Positions 9,486 to 19,025 of a DNA stretch of 64,000 nt are shown piece by piece. The stretch is from Cyclobacteriaceae bacterium. GTDB lineage: Bacteria; Bacteroidota; Bacteroidia; Cytophagales; Cyclobacteriaceae. The position numbers were made by a program, and so were the translations under genes. The notes under the pieces were generated by a model. It did no database searches and was not told where the DNA came from. It worked only from the letters and a program-made list of their open reading frames with translations. Location of the stretch: assembly GCA_035430125.1 (NCBI GenBank), contig DAOMGC010000004.1:36037-100036 (forward strand), read 5' to 3'. Each line of letters begins with the position of its first letter. Position 1 is the stretch's first letter.

Positions 9486-10766
9486 ATGTTGCAGATAAAT
9501 GTAGTCCGGGAGAATACCGAGCTGGTGCTGGAAGGTTTGAAGAAGCGCAATATGCGCGATGCGGAATCCCTGATCAAACAGGCATTGGCCATTGACAAGG
9601 TGCGTCGCGAAAAGCAGCAGCAATACGATGCGGTGGTGGGTGAGTCAAACCGGATATCCAAAGAAGTTGGCCTTTTGATGAAGGCTGGTAAGAAGCAAGA
9701 GGCTGATGAAATGATTGCCAAAATGGCGAACAGCAAAAAATCGGCAGCCGAGATTGGCCAGGAAATGGCTGCAGCAGAGGAAGAATTACAGCGTATTTTA
9801 TACCTGATTCCTAATGTGCCTTCAAAAGACGTTCCAGCCGGAAAAGGAGCCGAGGACAATATTACGGTTCATACCCACGGCACTATCCCTTCCCTGTCGG
9901 CGGACGCTTTGCCACATTGGGAACTCATCAAGAAGTATGACATCATAGATTTTGACCTCGGCAATAAAATTTCAGGTGCGGGGTTTCCGGTCTATAAAGG
10001 AAAAGGGGCCAAGTTGCAGCGTGCGCTGATCAATTTCTTTTTGGATGAAGCCGCGCAGCAAGGTTACCGCGAGGTGCAGCCTCCCATTGTGGTTAATAAA
10101 GCCAGCGGATATGGCACCGGACAGTTGCCTGATAAAGAAGGGCAAATGTATTACATCACCGAAGATGAACTGTATCTCATTCCTACAGCTGAAGTTCCGA
10201 TCACAAACCTGTACCGAGATGTCATCCTGTCGGAGCAGGACTTACCGGTGCGCAACGTTGGATATACGCCCTGCTTTCGCCGCGAGGCAGGTAGTTGGGG
10301 TGCCCATGTGCGGGGACTCAATCGCCTACATCAATTTGATAAGGTAGAGATTGTGGAGATCCGGAAGCCGGAAGAGTCGTACGCTACGCTCGATGCGATG
10401 TGTTCCTACGTACAAAGCCTGTTGGAGAAACTGGAGTTGCCATATCGGAAATTATTGCTTTGCGGCGGAGATATGGGATTCAATTCGGCACAGACATTTG
10501 ACCTTGAAGTCTTTGCTGCGGCACAGCAACGTTGGTTGGAGGTAAGCTCGGTGAGTAACTTCGAGACCTATCAGGCCAACCGGATGAAACTTCGCCTTAA
10601 GAACAAAGAAGGCAAGACGCAGCCCCTGCATACCCTGAATGGCAGTGCTTTGGCTTTGCCGCGGATTGTAGCAGCTTTGTTGGAAAACAACCAAACTCCG
10701 GAAGGCATTCGCGTGCCGAAGGCGCTGGTACCTTATACGCGATTTGAGATGATTGATGCCCGCTAA
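9486..10766 (+). CDS. serS: seryl-tRNA synthetase
   Basis: 426 aa. N-terminal coiled-coil arm and class II motifs (TPCFRREAGS..., GSALALPR). Confidence 0.95.
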   Translation: MLQINVVRENTELVLEGLKKRNMRDAESLIKQALAIDKVRREKQQQYDAVVGESNRISKEVGLLMKAGKKQEADEMIAKMANSKKSAAEIGQEMAAAEEELQRILYLIPNVPSKDVPAGKGAEDNITVHTHGTIPSLSADALPHWELIKKYDIIDFDLGNKISGAGFPVYKGKGAKLQRALINFFLDEAAQQGYREVQPPIVVNKASGYGTGQLPDKEGQMYYITEDELYLIPTAEVPITNLYRDVILSEQDLPVRNVGYTPCFRREAGSWGAHVRGLNRLHQFDKVEIVEIRKPEESYATLDAMCSYVQSLLEKLELPYRKLLLCGGDMGFNSAQTFDLEVFAAAQQRWLEVSSVSNFETYQANRMKLRLKNKEGKTQPLHTLNGSALALPRIVAALLENNQTPEGIRVPKALVPYTRFEMIDAR

Positions 10767-10783
10767 CGACTAACCCTTTTCTT

Positions 10784-12052
10784 TTGACCTTCCACGATTT
10801 TCAGTTTGACTCCAAGTTACAGGAAGGCCTGGACTCGATGGGGTATGCCAAGCCTACACCAATTCAGGAGCAGGCCATCCCGGTGATTCTTCAGAATAAA
10901 GACATCATTGCCTGTGCACAAACCGGCACCGGAAAAACCGCAGCCTATATTCTTCCGGTCCTTCATAAAATTATCAATACCGACCACAGGCATCTCAACA
11001 CCTTGGTGATCGCCCCCACACGCGAACTTGCCCAACAGATCGATCAGCAGATTGAAGGATTCGCTTACTTCTCTGGCGTAAGTTCAATTCCCGTGTATGG
11101 CGGCGGCGACGGGGCAACCTGGGACCAACAGCGCAAAGCATTGGACCATGGTGCCGACATCGTAATTGCTACGCCTGGACGACTCATCGCTTTACTGGCT
11201 GGGGGCACTGTAAAATTGGAACACCTAAAACACCTCATCCTCGATGAAGCAGACCGGATGTTGGACATGGGCTTCTATGAAGACATTGTGAGAATCATCA
11301 GCTACCTTCCCGCTGAGCGGCAAACGTTGCTATTCTCTGCCACCATGCCGCCACGCATCCGGCAGTTGGCCAATAAGATTTTGCGCAACCCAGTAGAGGT
11401 AAGCATAGCGATTGCCAAACCCGCTGAAGGAATTTTGCAACAGGCGTACCTGACTTACGACACCCAAAAGGTGCCGCTGCTGCGACAGATTCTTACTTCA
11501 GGTTCATACAACAGCGTGATTGTATTTTGTTCCACCAAGGAAAGTGTGAAAAAACTTGAACACACGCTGCACAAAGCAGGACTACCCGTCAAGGCTTTTC
11601 ACTCAGATCTCGAACAGGCCGAAAGGGAGGATATCCTTCGGGCGTTCAAGAGCAAGCAAGTCAGCATCCTGGTGGGAACAGATGTCCTGTCGCGTGGCAT
11701 AGATGTGGAGGGCATCAGCCTGGTAGTGAATTTTGATGTGCCGCCTGATCCGGAAGATTATGTGCACCGCATTGGCCGCACGGCACGGGCAGAAACCACT
11801 GGCACCGCCATTACCTTCATTAGCGACAAGGATCAACGCCGGTTTTTCACCATTGAGAATATGATTGGAAAAGTGGTGGACAAACTCCCCTTGCCGGAAG
11901 CATTGGGAGAAGCACCTGCCTACACGCCTGAATCAAGACCTAAAGGAAATTTTGATGGCAAGCGACGTCCGAGGCCAGGTGGCGGCGGTGGACATGGCCA
12001 TGGTGGCCATAAGGGTGGAGGTGCCCGAAAGGGAGGATTCCGGAAGCACTAG
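10784..12052 (+). CDS. DEAD-box ATP-dependent RNA helicase with Gly/Arg/His-rich C-terminal tail
   Basis: Q motif (YAKPTPIQ), AQTGTGKT, DEAD, SAT and HRIGRTAR. TTG start 17 nt after the serS stop. Tail is GKRRPRPGGGGGHGHGGHKGGGARKGGFRKH. Confidence 0.9.
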   Translation: MTFHDFQFDSKLQEGLDSMGYAKPTPIQEQAIPVILQNKDIIACAQTGTGKTAAYILPVLHKIINTDHRHLNTLVIAPTRELAQQIDQQIEGFAYFSGVSSIPVYGGGDGATWDQQRKALDHGADIVIATPGRLIALLAGGTVKLEHLKHLILDEADRMLDMGFYEDIVRIISYLPAERQTLLFSATMPPRIRQLANKILRNPVEVSIAIAKPAEGILQQAYLTYDTQKVPLLRQILTSGSYNSVIVFCSTKESVKKLEHTLHKAGLPVKAFHSDLEQAEREDILRAFKSKQVSILVGTDVLSRGIDVEGISLVVNFDVPPDPEDYVHRIGRTARAETTGTAITFISDKDQRRFFTIENMIGKVVDKLPLPEALGEAPAYTPESRPKGNFDGKRRPRPGGGGGHGHGGHKGGGARKGGFRKH

Positions 12053-12053
12053 A

Positions 12054-14657
12054 TCATTTCTTCAGCGTCAACAGAATTTCATTCAGCTTCAGTAATGCTT
12101 CAACCGGCGAAATGGTGTTGATGTCAATCTTGCTGACCAATTCCTGGACCTCCTTGAATTTGGGGTCCGCTTCAAACAAGGCCATCTGAAAGTTCTCTTT
12201 GGGTAAGTCAGCCAGCTTCTTCTTCCGCTCGTTCTTGTGCTTGTCCTTTTCAAGAAAGTGAAGGATCTCATTGGCCCGCAATACAATCTTGTTGGGCATG
12301 CCAGCCAATTGCGCGACATGAATACCGAAGCTGTGTTCGCTGCCACCCTCTTTCAGTGTTCGCATAAAGACAATCTTGTCACCTACTTCCTTAACGCTGA
12401 CGTTGAAGTTCTTGATTCGTACCAAATCCTCCGACAATTGATTGAGTTCGTGGTAGTGCGTAGCGAATAAAGTCTTGGGGCGGAAGTCTTTGTGCTGGTG
12501 GAGGTACTCGACGATGGCCCAGGCAATGGACACACCGTCATAGGTGCTGGTGCCACGCCCGATTTCGTCCATGAGTATCAGGCTGCGGTCGCTGAGGTTG
12601 TTGAGGATACTGGCCGTTTCGGTCATTTCCACCATAAAGGTAGATTCGCCGCGCGACAGGTTATCAGAGGCTCCAACACGCGTAAAAATCTTGTCGACGA
12701 TACCCAGGGTTGCGCCAGCGGCAGGAACGTAACTCCCGATTTGAGCCATTAATACAATGAGGGCTGTTTGCCGCAGCAACGCTGACTTACCGGCCATGTT
12801 CGGACCCGTAATGATCAGTATCTGCTGTGTGGCGTTGTCCAGGAATATGTCGTTGGGAATATAGTCCTCGCCCAAAGGAAGCTGCTTTTCGATAACAGGA
12901 TGCCGGCCTCCTTTGATGGAGAGCTCGGTAGAATCATTGATCGCCGGACGTGCGTAGCGATTGGCTTTGGCGACCCGCGCAAAAGACAACAAACAATCGA
13001 GCACAGCCAGGGTACGTGCATTTTGTTGAATGGGGGAGATGTAATCGGCAGCGTGATGGACCAGTGCCTGAAACAGTTGTTGCTCGAGGGCGGTGAGTTT
13101 TTCTTCCGCGTGGAGAATTTTCTCTTCATACACCTTGAGTTCTTCAGTAATATAGCGCTCAGCATTGACCAGGGTTTGTTTCCGAATCCAGTCTGTTGGC
13201 ACCTTGTCCTTGTTTGCGTTACTTACTTCGAGATAGTATCCGAATACCTTGTTATAGGATATCTTCAGCGAACTGATGCCGGTGCGTTCTACCTCCCTGC
13301 GCTGAATCTGTAAGAGATAATCTTTTCCCGAGAAGGCAATGGCGCGTAATTCATCGAGTTCGGGATTGACCCCATCTTTGATGATGCCACCCTGGTGAAT
13401 GAGCATGGGGGCATCATCCTTTAATTCACGCTCAATTTTTTCCAGCAAAAACGAACACGGGTTCAATTGATCGCCAAGTTTTTTCAGTTCAGAGATGCCT
13501 TGCCTGCTCACCATATCCTTTACGGGAGCGCTGGCTTGTAAGGATCGTTTTAATTGTACGAGTTCGCGTGGATTGATGCGACCCACCGCTACTTTGGAGA
13601 TGAGGCGCTCCAGATCTGCGATTTGTCGAAGGTGTTCGGTGATCTTGTCTGCGAAATCAGGGTCTTCAAAAAAGCAGGTCACCATCGCGAGTCGCTCGTC
13701 GATCGCTACTTTCTCTTTGAGAGGTAGTACCATCCACTTGCGCAATTGCCGGGAACCCATGGGCGTCACCGTCTGGTCCAAAATACTGAGCAGCGGGACT
13801 CCACCTTCGTGGGGTGAACTGACGAGTTCGAGGTTTCTGATGGTAAACTTGTCCAGCCACACATAGGTCTCTTCGTCCATCCGGGCGATCGAAGTAACAT
13901 GGTGCGTATCCCTGTGCTCGGTGGCCTCCAGGTATTGCAGTACAGCACCGGCTGCAACAATGGCGAGATCGAGACCATCTATCCCAAATCCTTTCAGGGT
14001 TGCTGTCTTAAACTGTGTTAGTAATTTTTCTTGAGCAAAATCAAAGGCAAAAACCCAATCATCCAATGCGAATGTGGCATATTCGTCGCCCACATGTTTT
14101 TCCACACGTTCGCGTTGGGCTTTGCTGAAGATGATTTCGGCGGGGCTCAGGCTTTGAACCAGTTTCCACACATAATTTTCTGATCCTTGTGCACAGTAGA
14201 ATTCGCCTGTGCTGATATCCAGCAGCGCAATGCCGATTTGATCTTTGGTGGCATAAACGCTGGCCAGAAAATTATTGCGTTTGCGCTCCAGTACGTTGTC
14301 GTTGTAGGAAACACCAGGCGTGACCAGTTCGGTGACACCCCTTTTGACGATCCCTTTTACAAAGCGGGGATCTTCTAATTGATCACAGATGGCAACCCGG
14401 TGTCCTGCGCGCACCAGTTTGGGCAGGTACACATCCAGGGCATGATGCGGAAACCCGGCCAATTCGATTTCTGAGGCTGATCCGTTACCTCGTTTGGTGA
14501 GCACAATATCGAGGACTTTGCTTGCGGCAATGGCATCCTCTCCGAAGGTTTCGTAAAAGTCCCCGACCCGAAATAATAAAAGCGCCCCGGGATACTTCGC
14601 TTTGATCGCGTTGTATTGTTTCATCAGGGGGGTTTCCATTGCACCAGCTCCAGCCAT
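12054..14657 (-). CDS. mutS: DNA mismatch repair protein MutS
   Basis: 867 aa. N-terminal TPLMKQY mismatch-binding motif and Walker A GPNMAGKS, with full MutS architecture. An alternative start at 14639 (METPLMKQY) is possible. Confidence 0.95.
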   Translation of the reverse strand: MAGAGAMETPLMKQYNAIKAKYPGALLLFRVGDFYETFGEDAIAASKVLDIVLTKRGNGSASEIELAGFPHHALDVYLPKLVRAGHRVAICDQLEDPRFVKGIVKRGVTELVTPGVSYNDNVLERKRNNFLASVYATKDQIGIALLDISTGEFYCAQGSENYVWKLVQSLSPAEIIFSKAQRERVEKHVGDEYATFALDDWVFAFDFAQEKLLTQFKTATLKGFGIDGLDLAIVAAGAVLQYLEATEHRDTHHVTSIARMDEETYVWLDKFTIRNLELVSSPHEGGVPLLSILDQTVTPMGSRQLRKWMVLPLKEKVAIDERLAMVTCFFEDPDFADKITEHLRQIADLERLISKVAVGRINPRELVQLKRSLQASAPVKDMVSRQGISELKKLGDQLNPCSFLLEKIERELKDDAPMLIHQGGIIKDGVNPELDELRAIAFSGKDYLLQIQRREVERTGISSLKISYNKVFGYYLEVSNANKDKVPTDWIRKQTLVNAERYITEELKVYEEKILHAEEKLTALEQQLFQALVHHAADYISPIQQNARTLAVLDCLLSFARVAKANRYARPAINDSTELSIKGGRHPVIEKQLPLGEDYIPNDIFLDNATQQILIITGPNMAGKSALLRQTALIVLMAQIGSYVPAAGATLGIVDKIFTRVGASDNLSRGESTFMVEMTETASILNNLSDRSLILMDEIGRGTSTYDGVSIAWAIVEYLHQHKDFRPKTLFATHYHELNQLSEDLVRIKNFNVSVKEVGDKIVFMRTLKEGGSEHSFGIHVAQLAGMPNKIVLRANEILHFLEKDKHKNERKKKLADLPKENFQMALFEADPKFKEVQELVSKIDINTISPVEALLKLNEILLTLKK

Positions 14658-14722
14658 AACGGCAAAGATGCAGCAAGATGGGAGATAAGAAAATTACGTT
14701 ATCCGACTTATTTTCCCCATCA

Positions 14723-14751
14723 GTTCACCCCAAAAGGGAGATGTTCACCCC
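14723..14751 (+). promoter_or_regulatory. direct repeat pair GTTCACCCC-N11-GTTCACCCC (candidate LytTR operator)
   Basis: Perfect 9-mers at 14723-14731 and 14743-14751, in the mutS / LytTR-gene divergent intergenic region. Confidence 0.35.
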
Positions 14752-14796
14752 GCAATTATCTCGTTTCTTGCAACCTCCAGCACATTTTTTCAGTTT

Positions 14797-15750
14797 GTGA
14801 CCCCTATGGAACAAACCCACACCGCACCCCTTGGAAGTTTCGCCGGTGAAGCTTCCCTTTCAGAGCGCATGAACGCCTGGCTGAAGGAGCCTTTTCCTTT
14901 CTACCTCAACGACGACAGAAAAAATGCCATGCTCGTAGTGGTAGTCAGTGCCTTTGTAACCGGATTTTTGTACCTCTTCAGGACACCCAATGAGTTTGTT
15001 CCCATGAACAATGCCCAGTGGATACATGGGTCTATAACATTGGTGGTTTTGCTTTTTAATGTGCTGGCGCTGCCCAAATTGTTTCCAGTGATGATGGATC
15101 CGGTCAACTGGAATTACAAAAAGTATATCCTCCTAAATTTGTGGCACCTGGTGCTGATCAGTGCTATCACCATCGTGATTGAAAAACTATTTATCTGCAA
15201 GATTATGAGCTGGGCTGAGGTGGCCTTTCACGTGAATACTATGGTAGCGTTGAAAGGCATTATCCCTATAGCACTCACTACTTTGTTTTTGAAAGCTCAC
15301 TTGTTGCAACAAAACCTGCATGAAGCCATTCGCAGCAATCGGGAACTGCAGAAAATTCAAACCTTGAAAAAAGGAGCAGAATCTGCTCACGACATAACCT
15401 TGTTTTCCGATACCAGTGAAAGCCTGACATTTAATCTGCCCGACCTTCTCTTTGTTGAGGCTGATGACAATTATTCAACGGTATGGTGGCTTGAGTCCAA
15501 TGAAGTTCGCAAAAAGTTGTTGCGCGTGAACCTGAAGAATATTGAATCTCAATTGGACAACTCGTTTGCCCTTCGTTGTCACCGCTCTTATATCGTCAAT
15601 ATCAACGCGATTGAAGCCATCAGTGGAAACACCAATGGTTATAAACTTCGCATCCGAAACACCGATTTTTCAATTCCGGTTTCGCGGCCCAAGGGTAAGG
15701 AAGTGATGGACAAGATCAGCCAATTGAAAAACCTGATGGAATTGAGTTAG
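14797..15750 (+). CDS. membrane-anchored LytTR-domain DNA-binding protein
   Basis: 317 aa. Four to five predicted TM helices in the first ~190 aa, then a LytTR domain (LLFVEADDNYSTVWW...RCHRSYIVNINAI). No receiver domain. GTG start; an ATG at 14806 is also possible. Confidence 0.8.
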   Translation: MTPMEQTHTAPLGSFAGEASLSERMNAWLKEPFPFYLNDDRKNAMLVVVVSAFVTGFLYLFRTPNEFVPMNNAQWIHGSITLVVLLFNVLALPKLFPVMMDPVNWNYKKYILLNLWHLVLISAITIVIEKLFICKIMSWAEVAFHVNTMVALKGIIPIALTTLFLKAHLLQQNLHEAIRSNRELQKIQTLKKGAESAHDITLFSDTSESLTFNLPDLLFVEADDNYSTVWWLESNEVRKKLLRVNLKNIESQLDNSFALRCHRSYIVNINAIEAISGNTNGYKLRIRNTDFSIPVSRPKGKEVMDKISQLKNLMELS

Positions 15751-15796
15751 CCATTGACCACGCGGTTCACCCCGTTTCGCCCAGTGGCCTCAAAAC

Positions 15797-15826
15797 AAGC
15801 GCGTTTTACCCCAAACGCGCTTTTTG
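15797..15826 (+). terminator. rho-independent terminator
   Basis: AAGCGCGTTT-tacccc-AAACGCGCTT 10-bp stem followed by a T-run. Confidence 0.6.
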
Positions 15827-15879
15827 TTTGCCCGCCGGCCTATTCAGCGGCGTTCATTCGCAGACAAAACAAAAAACAA

Positions 15880-16278
15880 ATGAAAAATTTATTCACCATG
15901 GCGGCACTGGCCCTGACATTACAGGCAGCCGCCCAAACGCCCGTAGCTCCCCGTTCGGAATTTTCGATTGCCTTGTCGGAAGATGCCATCCAGGTAAAAT
16001 CCGGCGAAACAAAATCCGTGACGGTTGCGATTACCCGGTCTAAGTTGTTTACCAAAGGTGAGGCCACCTGGGGATTTTCAACAGCGCTTCCTGCGGGGGT
16101 AACAATTGCATACATCCCTTCGCCGGAAACTCCAGATAGCGAAGAAGCTACCATTACGGTTGGTCCGGCTGTACCAGCGGGCTCCTATACATTGATATTG
16201 AACGCTACCCTAAGGTATAAGACGAAAGGCACCACGCTTAAGTTGTTGGTGGCCGACCCTGCTATGGCTGGACGCTAG
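15880..16278 (+). CDS. small secreted protein (beta-sandwich-like)
   Basis: Internal ATG at 15880 gives signal peptide MKNLFTMAALALTLQAAAQ. The upstream ORF extension crosses the terminator. Confidence 0.55.
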   Translation: MKNLFTMAALALTLQAAAQTPVAPRSEFSIALSEDAIQVKSGETKSVTVAITRSKLFTKGEATWGFSTALPAGVTIAYIPSPETPDSEEATITVGPAVPAGSYTLILNATLRYKTKGTTLKLLVADPAMAGR

Positions 16279-16288
16279 TATTATTTTG

Positions 16289-16330
16289 GCGAATTGCTTC
16301 CGAATCCGGAGGCAATTCGCTGTTTGTTTA
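16289..16330 (+). terminator. rho-independent terminator
   Basis: GCGAATTGC...GCAATTCGC 9-bp stem followed by TGTTTGTTT. Confidence 0.5.
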
Positions 16331-16340
16331 TCTTCGTGCC

Positions 16341-16868
16341 ATGAAAAAGCTAAGGCTCGAGGAGTTGGGCAGGTTGTCAGTATCGGCGTTTCAATCTGTA
16401 AAGAAACTACCGGTTGTGATTCTGCTCGACAATGTGCGAAGCCTTCACAATGTGGGCTCGGCCTTCAGAACGGCAGATGCATTTTCATTGGAAAAAATAG
16501 TACTGAGCGGAATAACCGGAACGCCACCGCACCGTGAAATCCACAAGACGGCCCTGGGTGCAACCGATTCTGTGGCGTGGGATTACAGGGAATCACCAGC
16601 CCTGGCTGTACAGCAACTTAAGGACAATGGTTATCAGATATGGGCTGTTGAACAGACTACTGAGAGTACCCCTTTGAACCGCTTTGTGCCACAGCTGGCT
16701 CAGAAATATTGCCTGGTCTTTGGTAATGAAATCAACGGCGTAAGCGATGAAGTACTTGCAATGGCCAATGGAGCACTCGAAATCCCCCAGTCCGGCACCA
16801 AGCATTCGCTGAATATTTCCGTGTGTGTGGGTATCGTGTCATGGCATTTTGCGCAAGCATTGCGCTGA
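16341..16868 (+). CDS. TrmH/SpoU-family RNA 2'-O-methyltransferase
   Basis: 175 aa. LDNVRSLHNVGSAFRTADAF, LVFGNEINGVS and SLNISVCVGIV are the three SpoU motifs. Confidence 0.85.
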   Translation: MKKLRLEELGRLSVSAFQSVKKLPVVILLDNVRSLHNVGSAFRTADAFSLEKIVLSGITGTPPHREIHKTALGATDSVAWDYRESPALAVQQLKDNGYQIWAVEQTTESTPLNRFVPQLAQKYCLVFGNEINGVSDEVLAMANGALEIPQSGTKHSLNISVCVGIVSWHFAQALR

Positions 16869-16895
16869 CCTCAAATTGGTTATCAAGGGAATTGG

Positions 16896-16903
16896 TAACT
16901 TTG
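16896..16903 (+). promoter_or_regulatory. candidate -7 promoter box (TAACTTTG)
   Basis: TAnnTTTG 19 nt upstream of the 16923 ATG. Confidence 0.3.
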
Positions 16904-16922
16904 GGGCTTCATTTGAGTAGCC

Positions 16923-17783
16923 ATGAAAAACTTGTTCATCGTATTATTCCTGATGGCCGCCACACCGGTTTGGTCCCAGGATGCTCCTCCGACAGACTGC
17001 CCCTTGTCGACACTCGTACAGATTGATGGTGTCGCCGAGGAATGGCCTATGGAGTGGATTGTAGATGCCGACAAGAAAATTAGCTACAATGTCTGTAGCG
17101 ATGACAACAATATATATATCCGGATGAAGACGAGCGACGAACTTATGCGTCGCAAGATCGCGCTGTTTGGCATGACCCTGTGGATGGATCCTAAGGGCAA
17201 AAAGAAAAGAAACCTGGGACTTCATTTTCCCACCGGTCGCGAAGCCGATGAGCAAATGGAAGCCTTGAGCAAATCAGGTGAAGATCGCAGCAAAATGTCT
17301 TCCAGTGAACGCGCAGAATTTCAACGGACAATGATTAGAGGATTGATCCAATCGGCAGAAATCATTGAGTTAATCGGACTGGCAGATAAACCATTGACGA
17401 GCTCACGTTCGGGCATCACCAATGGTATTCAGGTGGCGATTTCCACCGATGAGGATGGACTTACACTTACCTACGAGGCCATTATTCCTTTCAAATCCTA
17501 TCGGCTTTCCAAGGCCAACCTGCCCGTATTGGGTATTGGTTTTGAAACCGGAAAATTTGTCTCAAAGGCAAAAACGAGCATGGCGGGAACTACCGGATCT
17601 AATCAGGGCTATAGCGCATCAGGTCGAGGCTCTGGCATGTATGGTTATGGAGGTTATGGAGGTGGTTACGGCAACCCGATGGGTGGCGGCTCAATGGGCC
17701 GGGGCCTGGGTACACCGCAGCGCGGCGGCAACAATCCGATGGCCGTGACCAGCAGTTATTGGACAATTATCAAATTGAAATAA
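16923..17783 (+). CDS. secreted protein with Gly/Tyr-rich C-terminal low-complexity region
   Basis: Signal peptide MKNLFIVLFLMAATPVWSQ. C-terminal GMYGYGGYGGGYGNPMGGGSMGRGLG. Confidence 0.6.
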   Translation: MKNLFIVLFLMAATPVWSQDAPPTDCPLSTLVQIDGVAEEWPMEWIVDADKKISYNVCSDDNNIYIRMKTSDELMRRKIALFGMTLWMDPKGKKKRNLGLHFPTGREADEQMEALSKSGEDRSKMSSSERAEFQRTMIRGLIQSAEIIELIGLADKPLTSSRSGITNGIQVAISTDEDGLTLTYEAIIPFKSYRLSKANLPVLGIGFETGKFVSKAKTSMAGTTGSNQGYSASGRGSGMYGYGGYGGGYGNPMGGGSMGRGLGTPQRGGNNPMAVTSSYWTIIKLK

Positions 17784-17786
17784 ACA

Positions 17787-18956
17787 TTGTCTTCCGATCG
17801 ATATAATCAACGTGGTGTTTCGGCCTCCAAGGAGGATGTACACCGCGCCATTCAATTATTAGACAAGGGCCTGTTCCCAAAGTCGTTCTGTAAAGTAGTT
17901 CCTGACTTACTTGGAGGAGATGATAATTTTTGCACGGTCATGCATGCGGATGGGGCGGGCACCAAATCATCGCTGGCTTATATCTATTGGAAGGAGACAG
18001 GTGATCTTTCTGTATGGAAAGGTATTGCCCAGGATGCCATCATCATGAACGTTGATGATTTGCTTTGTGTAGGTGCAACAGGTCCTGTATTTCTGTCTTC
18101 CACCATTGGTCGCAATAAGAACCGGATTCCGGGTGAAGTAATTTCCTCGTTGATTGAAGGGACTGAAGAAGTGCTATCCATGTTGCGGCAACATGGATAT
18201 GAGATTCATAGCACGGGTGGTGAAACGGCCGACCTTGGTGATCTTGTGCGCACCATCGTTGTAGACAGCACCGTCACGACGCGGATGCGCCGGAGCGATG
18301 TGATTGACAATGCCAGAATAGCGGCAGGGGATGTGATTGTTGGACTTTCTTCCTATGGAAAAGCTACCTACGAAGGCGAATATAATGGAGGCATGGGCAG
18401 CAACGGCCTTACTTCAGCCCGTCATGATATATTCAGTAATGAATATGCCGGGCGCTATCCCGAATCCTACAATCCCGAAATTCCTGAAGACCTTACCTAT
18501 GCCGGCAAGTATCGGTTGACGGATACCCTTCCCGGCGTACCGGTTAATGTTGGTAAACTGGTTTTGTCACCGACCAGAACTTATGCGCCAGTGCTATTGC
18601 CCCTGCTCAAGGAAGGACGCAAGCATATTCATGGACTTGTGCACTGCAGTGGGGGTGCTCAAACCAAAGTGCTTCACTTTGTTGACCAGGCCAAAGTGAT
18701 CAAGGACAATTTATTTGACATTCCCCCTTTATTCGATCTGATCTACGAGCAGAGCGCCACTTCCTGGCAGGAAATGTATAAAGTATTCAACATGGGGCAT
18801 CGCATGGAAGTGTATACTACGCCTGAGTTTGCACACCAGGTTATTGACATAGCCCGGTCTTTCGCTGTTGATGCCCGTATTATTGGCCGTGTGGAGGCGT
18901 CACCCGTTCGCTCGGTAGTGATTCGCAGCCAGCACGGTGAGTTCACCTACACCTGA
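17787..18956 (+). CDS. purM: phosphoribosylformylglycinamidine cyclo-ligase (AIR synthase), long Bacteroidota type
   Basis: 389 aa. AIR-synthase N-terminal pattern (MHADGAGTKS), C-terminal domain (HCSGGAQTK) and NMGHRMEV. Confidence 0.8.
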   Translation: MSSDRYNQRGVSASKEDVHRAIQLLDKGLFPKSFCKVVPDLLGGDDNFCTVMHADGAGTKSSLAYIYWKETGDLSVWKGIAQDAIIMNVDDLLCVGATGPVFLSSTIGRNKNRIPGEVISSLIEGTEEVLSMLRQHGYEIHSTGGETADLGDLVRTIVVDSTVTTRMRRSDVIDNARIAAGDVIVGLSSYGKATYEGEYNGGMGSNGLTSARHDIFSNEYAGRYPESYNPEIPEDLTYAGKYRLTDTLPGVPVNVGKLVLSPTRTYAPVLLPLLKEGRKHIHGLVHCSGGAQTKVLHFVDQAKVIKDNLFDIPPLFDLIYEQSATSWQEMYKVFNMGHRMEVYTTPEFAHQVIDIARSFAVDARIIGRVEASPVRSVVIRSQHGEFTYT

Positions 18957-19025
18957 TCAACCGCTGGTCCTAGCCTGCTTTGGAATCGGAGGGAGGTTCC
19001 TTAGCTTCGGTAATCTATTTTCCTT

